From an uncultured Bordetella sp. (GTDB lineage: Bacteria; Pseudomonadota; Alphaproteobacteria; Micropepsales; Micropepsaceae), in NCBI GenBank assembly GCA_964446945.1, contig CAYUQO010000012.1:20194-84193 (forward strand): a stretch of 64,000 bases of DNA, written 5' to 3'. Under the pieces are notes generated by a model. The model was not told the DNA's origin. It saw only the letters and a program-made list of their open reading frames with translations, and did no database searches. Both the position numbers and the translations under genes were made by a program. How positions within the stretch are numbered: the stretch's first letter is position 1; every line of letters begins with the position of its first letter. Below are positions 25,831 to 34,816 of the stretch, in pieces.

Positions 25831-27128
25831 ACTGTGCTCTGCATATAGTCGAGCCAGGCGTGGTATTGCGCGCGCACCACCATTTCGTGGGTCGCCAACT
25901 CCCGTGTCGCGTTCAGTCCGCGGTCCGGTTCTTCTTCTCCAAGCCCGCGTGAAATATCCACCCAGTCACCGCCCTGGCTGAGCAGCCCATTCTGCACACG
26001 GACGAATGCTTCCAGGTCGTCGGTTTGCACGAATGACGCCGCCGAATGGGTGACATTCAGCAGCCGGATATTGCCGAAATTCATCGCCGCCGGCGCGCCG
26101 ACCAGGCGCACCGGAAATATCGTGACTTCGGTGCGGTCAACCGCAACCGGATTGATCACCCGCACATGGATGTTCAAGCCCATGATCGACATGTTGGGAT
26201 AGATCAGGGAATTGTGCAGCCTCGGCGTCAGGATCTGTTGCGCGCGCCCGGCGCCGACCTTCTCCGCCAGCACGCGCCGGTATTCGTCGAATGCGGGACT
26301 CGAACGTTTGCCATCATCCAGCAGTGTATTGCTGGTCCAGCCATGGCCATTGCCGCTGACATAGCTCCGCCGCTGTTTCCACGGCGCTGCGGTGCGGTTC
26401 TTGTCCGCGTCGACCACAGCGGCGCCCGCTTTGTCACCCTCGCGCCGGGCGAACTGCACGCCCTTGTCGTTCACGGTCGAGGCATGGCTGAACGGCACGT
26501 GATAGGAATCGAGAACGTTTTCGACCTGTAGCTTCCAATTGCCGTCGAAGACATAACGGTGACGTCCTGCATCGAGCGCGAGTTCACCGTCGGGTGCGCG
26601 GTCCACAAGATCGTCGATCGACGACTTCATCGGCCCGATATGATCTTCGAAACTGATGCCGGAATTGGCGAGGCTGGCAAAGACGAAGCCGCGGTAAATG
26701 CCCATGCGGGGCACCGGCGTCAGGCCAAAATTCTGCCTGTCGAATGTGGCAGCGCAGCCTTCCGGCACCGGCACGTTCAGCAGTGTGCCATCGCTGTCAT
26801 AGGTCCAGCCGTGATAGCAGCAGATGAGCCGCGGCGCGCTTCCGGCCCGCAACGGCGCGAGTTTTGCCCCGCGATGACTGCAGCGGTTGAACAATAACTT
26901 AATGCTGTCGTTGCTGTGCCGGATCATGATCACCGGCTGGCGCGCCAATTCGATGGTGATGTAATCCCCGGGCTTCGGTACCTGGCTCGTATGGCCGGCA
27001 AACAGCCAGGCCCGGCCGAAAATTCGCTCCATTTCCAGTTCGAACAGGTCCGGATCGGTATAGACGCGCCGATGCACGCGCCCGGGCTGGATTAGCGCGG
27101 CAAGACCAGAAGACGAACCGTTGTGCAT
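25827..27128 (-). CDS. Rieske-type aromatic ring-hydroxylating dioxygenase alpha subunit
   Basis: 433 aa with Rieske motif CSHRGAKL...CCYHGW and a catalytic-domain His/Asp region (DSYHVPFSH). Confidence 0.9.
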   Translation of the reverse strand: MHNGSSSGLAALIQPGRVHRRVYTDPDLFELEMERIFGRAWLFAGHTSQVPKPGDYITIELARQPVIMIRHSNDSIKLLFNRCSHRGAKLAPLRAGSAPRLICCYHGWTYDSDGTLLNVPVPEGCAATFDRQNFGLTPVPRMGIYRGFVFASLANSGISFEDHIGPMKSSIDDLVDRAPDGELALDAGRHRYVFDGNWKLQVENVLDSYHVPFSHASTVNDKGVQFARREGDKAGAAVVDADKNRTAAPWKQRRSYVSGNGHGWTSNTLLDDGKRSSPAFDEYRRVLAEKVGAGRAQQILTPRLHNSLIYPNMSIMGLNIHVRVINPVAVDRTEVTIFPVRLVGAPAAMNFGNIRLLNVTHSAASFVQTDDLEAFVRVQNGLLSQGGDWVDISRGLGEEEPDRGLNATRELATHEMVVRAQYHAWLDYMQSTV

Positions 27129-27242
27129 GGCGGTACCCCTCGGAAGCAGTTTATTTCAAAATCTGCCTGCTCCGGCAACAGCATGGATTTGACGGTGGTG
27201 CCATTTGTCTGAAAAGCTGCCGGGGTGATCCGGGGGACTGCG

Positions 27243-28682
27243 ATGACCGCGACCGACACAGTCATTCATGGCGCTGGCGTATCTTCTCACGGGAATCTCC
27301 GCCGTGCTGCGGGGATCGCGATTGGACCACTCGCTGGCGTGGTTGTGTGGTTTTCCCCGATTGCGCCCGATCCGGTCATTGCGCATGCGCTGGCGATCAC
27401 GGTTTTCATGGTCGCGTACTGGATCTTTGAACCCGTCGAACACGGCATCACCGGCCTGATCGGCTGTTACCTGTTCTGGGCCCTGGGTGTTGCGAAATTC
27501 GCGATTGCCTTCTCGGGTTTCACCGACAATTCGCCGTGGTTCCTGTTTGGCGCCGTGTTGATGGGCGAAGCCGCTTCCAAATCCGGACTCGCGGCACGCA
27601 TCGGCAGAGTTGGCATGAGTGTCGCCGGGACGTCCTATGCCGGCCTGCTGCTCGCGGTGATCGTGCTGGTCCTGCTGCTGAACTTTGTTGTGCCCTCCGG
27701 CATGGCGCAGCTCGCAATTCTGGCCCCCATGGTCATGGGCATTGTGAACGCATTCGGCGTCGAAAAGGGCAGCCGCATCGGGCGCGGGCTATTCGTGATC
27801 CTCACCTATAGCTGCGGGTTGTTCAATAAGATGATCCTCGCCGGCGGCGCGACCGTGCTCGCGCGCGGTTTGGTCCAACGGATCACCGGGCAGGCGATTC
27901 CGTGGAGCACATATTTCATCGCCTATCTGCCGGCGATCCTCGTCACTGTGGTGGCGTCATGGCTGGTCGTGATGTGGCTTTATCCGCCGGAACGCCGCCG
28001 GATTGTTAAAGGCAGCGCCACCGGTCAATCCATGAACCGCAAGCCCTGGAGCGCAGCCGAGAAAAAAACCGCGCTTGTACTTCTCATTGCAATTCTCCTA
28101 TGGGCGACGGATTTCGCGCACCACATCGATCCTGCCGTCGTGGCGCTTGGCGCCGGGCTCGTTGTGGTTCTGCCGGGAATCGGCGTGCTGACCACGAAAG
28201 ACGTTCGCGGCGTGAATTTTCTGCTCACAATTTTTCTCGGCACGGCCCTCAGCATGGGAGCCATATTGATCCAGACCGGCGCATTGAATGTGCTGACCGG
28301 CGCCATGGTTTCGTGGATGACGCCGTATCTCGGCGGCACGTTATGGGGCCCTAGCGTGCTCTATTGGGCGGGCTTCTTCTATCACTTCCTGCTGGGCAGC
28401 GAACTGTCCATGCTCAGCACCTCGCTGCCGGTGATGATCGGATTTTCTCACGCGCATGCGCTCAATCCCATCGCCATTGCCATGGTGCTGGCCTTTGCTT
28501 CGGGCGGCAAACTGTTCGTGTACCAATCATCGGTTCTGGTGCAGGGGCTGTCCTATGGCTATTTCGACAGCCGGGACATGTTCAAGATCGGCCTCGCGCT
28601 CAGTGTGATCGAAGGCGTGGTTCTGTTTGTGCTGGTGCCGCTCTATTGGCCCCTTGTCGGCATCAGCTGGACCGCGCCCTGA
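27243..28682 (+). CDS. DASS/SLC13-type anion (di/tricarboxylate or sulfate) permease
   Basis: About 479 aa polytopic membrane protein of the ArsB/NhaD-DASS superfamily by overall pattern. ATG 27243 was chosen. Confidence 0.7.
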   Translation: MTATDTVIHGAGVSSHGNLRRAAGIAIGPLAGVVVWFSPIAPDPVIAHALAITVFMVAYWIFEPVEHGITGLIGCYLFWALGVAKFAIAFSGFTDNSPWFLFGAVLMGEAASKSGLAARIGRVGMSVAGTSYAGLLLAVIVLVLLLNFVVPSGMAQLAILAPMVMGIVNAFGVEKGSRIGRGLFVILTYSCGLFNKMILAGGATVLARGLVQRITGQAIPWSTYFIAYLPAILVTVVASWLVVMWLYPPERRRIVKGSATGQSMNRKPWSAAEKKTALVLLIAILLWATDFAHHIDPAVVALGAGLVVVLPGIGVLTTKDVRGVNFLLTIFLGTALSMGAILIQTGALNVLTGAMVSWMTPYLGGTLWGPSVLYWAGFFYHFLLGSELSMLSTSLPVMIGFSHAHALNPIAIAMVLAFASGGKLFVYQSSVLVQGLSYGYFDSRDMFKIGLALSVIEGVVLFVLVPLYWPLVGISWTAP

Positions 28683-28691
28683 CGTGATATT

Positions 28692-29558
28692 TCAGAACTG
28701 ACCAAAGCTGAACGGACCCGTGACATTGTCGCACTGGTTGGAGAATTCATTGCGGCCGGGGCGCAGCAGCGGCGGAGCAGCATTCGGCCCGCCGACGGCC
28801 GCAACCCGCGTCAGCAGCGGCTCGCGCGCCAGCGCCGTCTGTTGCGCCGGGCTGCCGTTCTGCGAAATTTCCAGCACCAGCTTGCGCCGCATTCCGGCGG
28901 CATAGTCGCGGTAACTGCGCACCACGATCACAAACGAACCGCGCCCGCCTGCAACACAGGCCGCGTAATATTTGTCGAGATCGGGGAAATAGCCATTCGC
29001 CTGTTGATCCATCACAGGCAGCCCGTTGATCACGATGCCGGTGGCGACGGTACGATCATGCACCGGCTGCATGTGATTGCCCCAATTGTTCGGACCGTCG
29101 CCGGAGACATCGATCACCTTGCGGCTGGCGGTGATGCCGTTGTCGCTACTCTCCAGCAGCGCCGTACCAAGTTCGAGCACGCTGCTGATCGAAGTCCGGT
29201 GGCCGACTGAGCGTGGGATTTTGCGTATCATGTCGGCGAATTGCTGCGCCGACTGCCGGTCACGGATGATGTGCCAGTCCGCGACGATCTTGTTGTAGGG
29301 ATCACTGGAGAAGTCGATCATGGCGACGGCGATCCGTCCGAGCGAGCCATTTTGGATCGCACGCGCGACTTCAGGGTCGGCGAACGCATCCGCCGTGCCT
29401 TCGCGTTCCAGCTGCAATTCGTCATTGTCGATGCTGCCGGACACGTCCATCGCCAGCACCAGCTTGAGATCGACCTCCTGCTGACCTGCGGCTGAGGACG
29501 CCTGTTGCGGAAGGAATGCAAGCGCGCCAAGCAGCAGGGCGACAGTCGAACGGTGCAT
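28692..29558 (-). CDS. DUF1194 (von Willebrand A-like) exported protein
   Basis: 288 aa with signal peptide and MIDAS-like LVLAMDVSGSID; the DUF1194 pattern continues through VNGLPV. Strong GAGGAGG Shine-Dalgarno. Confidence 0.8.
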   Translation of the reverse strand: MHRSTVALLLGALAFLPQQASSAAGQQEVDLKLVLAMDVSGSIDNDELQLEREGTADAFADPEVARAIQNGSLGRIAVAMIDFSSDPYNKIVADWHIIRDRQSAQQFADMIRKIPRSVGHRTSISSVLELGTALLESSDNGITASRKVIDVSGDGPNNWGNHMQPVHDRTVATGIVINGLPVMDQQANGYFPDLDKYYAACVAGGRGSFVIVVRSYRDYAAGMRRKLVLEISQNGSPAQQTALAREPLLTRVAAVGGPNAAPPLLRPGRNEFSNQCDNVTGPFSFGQF

Positions 29559-29586
29559 CGTGTGCCTCCTCAGGCTGGACGGCTAC

Positions 29587-29859
29587 TCAGTTTGGCGCGT
29601 TTTCTCTGCCGCGGGGGGGCGACCATGAACGGCGAAGGATGCGGTCAGCTGTTTCAATTGCGCGGCGAGTGTCCGCCGTCGCTGCATGCGATGTGTTTAT
29701 GGAATATCTCACGCTGGCGCGGTTCTCCCTCAACTCGAAGCACCGGAATGTCGCCTCATTGATTGCGACGTAGGCTTTCGCCAGTGCTTCCGTCGCGCGT
29801 GCCGTCGCATCGCGACAAAGCACTTCCTCATCCTGCTGCACGCGCCTCTCCTGGTTCAC
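29587..29859 (-). CDS. Hypothetical ~90-aa protein, translationally coupled to the GlcG-like gene
   Basis: GTG 29859 forms a GTGA overlap with the upstream stop. Helical, charged sequence (VNQERRVQQDEEVLCRDATARATEALAKAYVAINEATF...). GC3 is consistent with coding. Confidence 0.35.
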   Translation of the reverse strand: MNQERRVQQDEEVLCRDATARATEALAKAYVAINEATFRCFELRENRASVRYSINTSHAATADTRRAIETADRILRRSWSPPRGRENAPN

Positions 29860-30359
29860 TTCGTGGTTGCAGTCTTGCCGAACACCGCGTCGATTCCGGC
29901 CTGAGCGCATTTCTCGCCATCGCCGCTCGAAACTCCCATCGCACCCACGACCTGCCCATCGACGACGATCGGAAGCGCACCCGGCATCGGAAAATCGCCG
30001 CGGATATAAGTGGGTGCAAGATTTTGTCCGCTGCGCACGATCTGCGCGGTTTCCGAGCTCGGCCGCCGCCAGCGCAGCGCATTGCGGGCTTTCAGCAATG
30101 CGGTATCAATGGCATTCGGCGCCGCGCCTTCCATGGCATGGGACTCGATCAGGTTACCGCCCCAGTCCAGCACCGCCATCGCAACCGTGGTGTGATTCTT
30201 TTCCGCCCAGGCCGTGCAGCCCTCGACCAGTCCGCGCGCACCAGCCGAGCTCAGTATCCGGATCGTACGCAGTGGCGATGCGGCAGGCGCGGCAGAAGAT
30301 GCGGATGCGGCCAGAACCGCGATTGCAGCAATGGAAACAAACAAGCCAAGTCTGCCCAT
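29856..30359 (-). CDS. GlcG/HbpS-like (DUF336) haem-binding protein, exported
   Basis: ATG 30359 is preceded by GGAGGG. Signal peptide and the DUF336 C-terminal motif GALPIVVDGQVVGAMGVSSG. Confidence 0.8.
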   Translation of the reverse strand: MGRLGLFVSIAAIAVLAASASSAAPAASPLRTIRILSSAGARGLVEGCTAWAEKNHTTVAMAVLDWGGNLIESHAMEGAAPNAIDTALLKARNALRWRRPSSETAQIVRSGQNLAPTYIRGDFPMPGALPIVVDGQVVGAMGVSSGDGEKCAQAGIDAVFGKTATTK

Positions 30360-30424
30360 GATGTCCCTCCCGAGGCACAAGGCAATGACACTAGACCATT
30401 TTATCGCGGGCAGGTACGCGCATC

Positions 30425-32578
30425 TTACGCCGGGCTGATCCGGCAGCGGCGGCCGCGCGTATCGGCCGATCCCGACATCGGGTCCCAGGGTCCATCGTAA
30501 CTCACTGCGGCGTTGATATTAATTTCATATGCACCGTGGAATGCCGCCGTCGCCCCTGGCTTCCACCAGCCCATCCCGGTGCTGACCACCCTTGGCGGCG
30601 TGGCGTCGGTCACCTTCAGCTTCAGCATGCATGTGCCGGCCAGATGTTCGGTTTCCAGCCGCACCCATGCGCCGTCTTCAAAAGACAGCTCGCGCGCCGT
30701 TTCGGGATGGATCAGCAGACGCGGATCTGGCGACACCTTCTGCGCCCAATCCTGTTCGCGGAATCGCGAATGGTGATAGGTCTTTTCCCGATCGCCAGTC
30801 AGCAGAAGCAGCGGGAATTTCGCGCGCATTTCGGGCCGCGATGCATCGGCTGCGGGGGGAATGAAATTCGGCAGCGGATCAAGACCGAGATCGGCCAGTC
30901 TGGTCGCGAAAAGCTCGATCTTGCCGCTGGGAGTGGGGAAGGGGCGCTCGGCAAAATCGCCCAGCCGGTAATCGAAACGCGCATAACCATCGCGGCGCAA
31001 GTCCTCGATTCTGATTCCGCAGTCGCCGAGCAGGAACTGCGTGAACTCCGATTGCGTGCGCCAGCGGAACAGGTTTTTCGTCACCGCTCCACGCGCCTGC
31101 ATCCGGTCGACAATGGCTATCGCAATATCCAGATCACAGCGCGCTTCGCCCTGCGGCGGCACCGCCAGATTGGTGTAGGTGACGCAGCCGCCGGGCGAGA
31201 GTTTGACGTCTTCCTCTTCCACGCCGGTCGTCTTCGGCAACACGATATCCGCCAACGCGGCTGTCGGCGTCATCATGTCGGCGGCAACGGCGAGGAAATC
31301 CACCGATTTCAGCGCCGCAACAGTCTTGTGGGTATCCGGATAGGTCACCACCGGATTGACGCCGCTGACATACATCGCGCGCAAGGGATAGGGAGTGCCG
31401 GTCAGTATCGCATCGATCGCCGACGGATTGTGGCAGGCGGCCTGCCAGCCTTCGGGCCCCGACCACAGCGGGAATTGCGCTGCACCGATACGCTGTTCCT
31501 CGATTTCACGCGGCAGCCGGAAAGCCGGGTCGTGGACTACCTGGCCGTAATCGCGGAAACCGCGCGGCTTCTTCACCCGCAGATTTCCGCCGCGCCGGTC
31601 GACATTGCCGCTGATCGCAACCAGACAATGGAAAGCACGGAATGTCTGCACCCCCGCGCTGAACGCATCGATGCCGTGGCCGCTGACGAATGTGGACGGC
31701 CCATCGGCATAGATACGCGCCGCCAATTCGATATCGGCGGCACGAACGCCGCTCATGCGTTCCGCAGCTTCCGGCGTGAACTCCGCAACGCGCTGCCTTA
31801 ATTCATCAAATCCGCGGCACCAGGCAGCAACGAATTCACGGTCGTACAAAGAATCGCGGATCAGCACATTCATCATGGCGAGGCCAATCGCGGCATCGGT
31901 ACCGGGCCGCGGCCGCAGCCATAGATCGGCGATTTCGACCGCCGGAGTCCGCTTCGGATCGAGCACGATGATCCGGCCGCCGCGCTTTTTCAGATTCTTC
32001 AGTGCCGTCCATTCGACCGGATTGGCCGCATACGAGTTCCGTCCAACCACCAGAGCGCAATTGGCATGCTCGACATCTTCGCCGCGCACAATATCGAGAC
32101 CGGTGACGCGGCTGCTGACGCCACGGCAGCCGCCGCACAGATCCTGATTGATCAGCACATTCGGCGAACCCAGCGACCGCAGCAGCAGCGGCACGGTGAC
32201 ACCGCGGTTGCAGTTGGCATTGCTGACAGCACCGGCGAGCGACAGCGGGCCATATTTCGCCCGTGCCGCCGCGAGCCCGTCGGCAAGTTCATCTAGCGCT
32301 TCGTCCCAGGAGATACGCTGCCAATTGCCCGCACCGCGTTCCCCAACGCGCCGCAGCGGATGCAAGAGGCGCATCCTGTGATAGGTCAGCCCGGTCAGCC
32401 CGCGGATGCCCTTGATGCAGAACGCTCCCTGCGAATAGGGATGATCGGGATTGGGCGCAACATGGGTCACGCGCTCGTCACTGACCGTCAGCAGCGCGCC
32501 GCAATGCGCCGAACACTCCGCGCAGGTGGTCGGAACCGTCTGCGAGTGGTTCACTGTTTCAGCAGTTTGAATGTCCAT
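30425..32578 (-). CDS. Molybdopterin (bis-MGD) oxidoreductase, MopB/DMSO-reductase superfamily
   Basis: 717 aa with an N-terminal 4Fe-4S Cys cluster (CAECSAHCG...C) and no Tat signal. The start overlaps the PQQ dehydrogenase gene end by 28 nt. Confidence 0.85.
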   Translation of the reverse strand: MDIQTAETVNHSQTVPTTCAECSAHCGALLTVSDERVTHVAPNPDHPYSQGAFCIKGIRGLTGLTYHRMRLLHPLRRVGERGAGNWQRISWDEALDELADGLAAARAKYGPLSLAGAVSNANCNRGVTVPLLLRSLGSPNVLINQDLCGGCRGVSSRVTGLDIVRGEDVEHANCALVVGRNSYAANPVEWTALKNLKKRGGRIIVLDPKRTPAVEIADLWLRPRPGTDAAIGLAMMNVLIRDSLYDREFVAAWCRGFDELRQRVAEFTPEAAERMSGVRAADIELAARIYADGPSTFVSGHGIDAFSAGVQTFRAFHCLVAISGNVDRRGGNLRVKKPRGFRDYGQVVHDPAFRLPREIEEQRIGAAQFPLWSGPEGWQAACHNPSAIDAILTGTPYPLRAMYVSGVNPVVTYPDTHKTVAALKSVDFLAVAADMMTPTAALADIVLPKTTGVEEEDVKLSPGGCVTYTNLAVPPQGEARCDLDIAIAIVDRMQARGAVTKNLFRWRTQSEFTQFLLGDCGIRIEDLRRDGYARFDYRLGDFAERPFPTPSGKIELFATRLADLGLDPLPNFIPPAADASRPEMRAKFPLLLLTGDREKTYHHSRFREQDWAQKVSPDPRLLIHPETARELSFEDGAWVRLETEHLAGTCMLKLKVTDATPPRVVSTGMGWWKPGATAAFHGAYEININAAVSYDGPWDPMSGSADTRGRRCRISPA

Positions 32579-34236
32579 AGTGAGCCGCCGCGCGGGACAT
32601 GCTGCAAATTCGGATCGGGCTGACGGATATAGACGCCGCCAATTCCGCTCGTCACCGAAACATATTGCTCGCCGTTCTTCTCCCAGGTCACCGGTTGTCC
32701 GATGATTCCGGACGGCGTCTGGAACTGCCAGAGAATCTTGCCGCTATTCGCATCCACCGCGATGAACTCGCCGGTGAGCTCGCCGGTAAATACCAGCCCG
32801 CCCGCGGTGACCAGGGTTCCGGAGTAATTCGGGCTCTTGAATCCGGTTTGCCACTTCGCTTGGCCGGTCAGCGGGTCGACCGCCTTCAGATAGCCACGCG
32901 CTTCGCCTTCGGGATAGATGTTCTTCACCTTCACGGTGTTTCCGCCGCTGCGGTCGCCGGGTTGGAGGTCACCCAACTGTCCGGGCGGCAGCGGCTCATA
33001 TTCCTCGCCAATATTGAATGTATTGACATAGGCCAGACCCGTTTGCGGGCTGAAGGACATCGGAAACCAGTTGGTGCCGCCGGCGGTGAACGGCCAGCTC
33101 TCGACATGCGCGACGTGATCGAGGATTTGTTTGGTGGATTCCGACCATACCGGCCGGCCTGTCGCCATATCGACGCGGTCGGCCCATGTGACTTTCACAT
33201 ATTTATTCGCCGCCAGCAGTTTGCCGGTCGCGCGGTCGAGCACGTAAAAAAATCCATTGCGCGCCGCCTGCATCACCACTTTGCGCGGCTGCCCGCCGAC
33301 ATTCACATCCGCCAGCACCAACGAATTGACATTGTCGTGGTCGAACGGATCGTTCGGCGAAGTCTGGTAATGCCAGACGATTTCTCCGGTTTTCGGCCGG
33401 ATCGCCAGGATTGAATCCGTATAAAGATTATCGCCCCTGCGGTCGAGCGGGTTCCACGGCGACGGATTGCCCGTGCCCCAATAGACCAGGTCGAGATCGG
33501 GATCATAGGACCCTGTGATCCAGGTGCTGCCGCCCGCGGCTCTGCGCGCATTGTCTGGCCAGGTATCTGCGCCGCCCTCGCCCGGGGCCGGAATGGTGTA
33601 GCGCCGCCACAAGCGCTTGCCGGTCTGCGGATCATAGCCGTCGATATAACCGCGGATGCTGAATTCCGAACCCGCAACGCCGACGATGACCACCCCATTA
33701 GCGATCAGGGGCGCACCGGTCATCGCGATGCCTTCTTTGGTATTTCCGGCACGAGCGACCCAGATTTCTTTTCCGGTCTTCGCGTCCAGCGCCTGCACCC
33801 GCCCGTCGAGCAGCGTGCGGTAGAACCTGCCATTGTAGAGAGCGCCGCCGCGGTTCACGATCCCGCAGCACACCACCTTCACGGTGTCTTCGGGATAAAT
33901 AACCGGCGTTTTCCAGATTTCCTTGCCGGTCAGCGCATCCAGCGCCACCGTTTTGTCGTGGCTCGTGATGTACATCACCCCGTCCATGACCAGCGGCTGC
34001 GATTCTTCGCCTTTGTCGCTTTCGAGGCTGTAGGACCACGCCGGCACCAGCCGGTTGACGGTCTGCGGGTTGATCTCCCTCAGCGGACTGAACCGCTGCT
34101 CGCTATAGCTCATGCCATAAGTGAGGACACGGTCCGGTGTCTTCGCCGCATTCTTCAGATCGCTGTCGGTCTGGGCCAAAACCGCGGTTGTGCCGGCGAC
34201 CATGAATGCCGCTGCAAGCAGGTGAATTCGATTCAT
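32551..34236 (-). CDS. PQQ-dependent dehydrogenase, methanol/ethanol family (no cytochrome domain)
   Basis: 561 aa with signal peptide, vicinal disulfide VVCCG, eight-bladed propeller W-motifs and NGFFYVLDRATGKLL. Confidence 0.9.
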   Translation of the reverse strand: MNRIHLLAAAFMVAGTTAVLAQTDSDLKNAAKTPDRVLTYGMSYSEQRFSPLREINPQTVNRLVPAWSYSLESDKGEESQPLVMDGVMYITSHDKTVALDALTGKEIWKTPVIYPEDTVKVVCCGIVNRGGALYNGRFYRTLLDGRVQALDAKTGKEIWVARAGNTKEGIAMTGAPLIANGVVIVGVAGSEFSIRGYIDGYDPQTGKRLWRRYTIPAPGEGGADTWPDNARRAAGGSTWITGSYDPDLDLVYWGTGNPSPWNPLDRRGDNLYTDSILAIRPKTGEIVWHYQTSPNDPFDHDNVNSLVLADVNVGGQPRKVVMQAARNGFFYVLDRATGKLLAANKYVKVTWADRVDMATGRPVWSESTKQILDHVAHVESWPFTAGGTNWFPMSFSPQTGLAYVNTFNIGEEYEPLPPGQLGDLQPGDRSGGNTVKVKNIYPEGEARGYLKAVDPLTGQAKWQTGFKSPNYSGTLVTAGGLVFTGELTGEFIAVDANSGKILWQFQTPSGIIGQPVTWEKNGEQYVSVTSGIGGVYIRQPDPNLQHVPRGGSLWTFKLLKQ

Positions 34237-34348
34237 CTTTCTCTCCCAACCGTCTGTTTTCCGGAAATTACTCTGGTGAGTGTCTGCCGCAAAGCCTCAC
34301 AACGCCCGAAATTTAATGATAAAGTGCGGCATCCTCAGTGGCTGGACG

Positions 34349-34816
34349 ATGAGCGAACGCGTCTCTCTTAATGTCAACGGCACGGCGCACAGCGTCGAGG
34401 TCGACGACCCCGATATGCCGCTGCTTTATGCCTTGCGCGACGATCTGGAGTTGAACAATCCGCGGTTTGGCTGCGGTCTTGGCCAGTGCGGCGCGTGTAC
34501 CGTGCATGTGGACGGCAAAGCGGTGCGCGCGTGCCAAATTCCCGTCTCGGCAGTCAAATCGGCAAAAATCGTCACTCTTGCCGCGCTCGGCACACCGGAA
34601 AAACCGCATCCGCTGCAGACCGCCTGGATTGAGGAGCAGGTCAATCAGTGCGGCTACTGCATCAATGGCTGGATCATGACCGCGGCCGCGCTGTTGGCAG
34701 AAAATCCCAAACCGACCGATGCTGAGATTCGCCGTGCATTGTCCCCGCTGATTTGCCGCTGTGGCACCCATCGCGCCGCGCTTCGCGCGGTCAAGCGCGC
34801 CGCCCGAACTTTGTGA
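34349..34816 (+). CDS. (2Fe-2S)-binding small subunit of a xanthine-dehydrogenase-family aldehyde/isoquinoline oxidoreductase
   Basis: ATG 34349 (MSERVSLNVNG). Motifs GCGLGQCGACTV and CGYCINGWIM...CRCGTH. Confidence 0.9.
   Translation: MSERVSLNVNGTAHSVEVDDPDMPLLYALRDDLELNNPRFGCGLGQCGACTVHVDGKAVRACQIPVSAVKSAKIVTLAALGTPEKPHPLQTAWIEEQVNQCGYCINGWIMTAAALLAENPKPTDAEIRRALSPLICRCGTHRAALRAVKRAARTL

Noticed and set aside
30536-31801. 421-aa plus-strand ORF antisense to the molybdopterin oxidoreductase gene.
   Set aside because: It has low-complexity Arg-rich translation and no start context. The opposite strand carries clear MopB motifs.
32551-34236. Attempt to call the PQQ dehydrogenase lanthanide-dependent (XoxF/PedH-type) from the region VVMQAARNGFFYVLDR.
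   Set aside because: I cannot reliably place the diagnostic Asp without a proper alignment, so no metal-type call was made.
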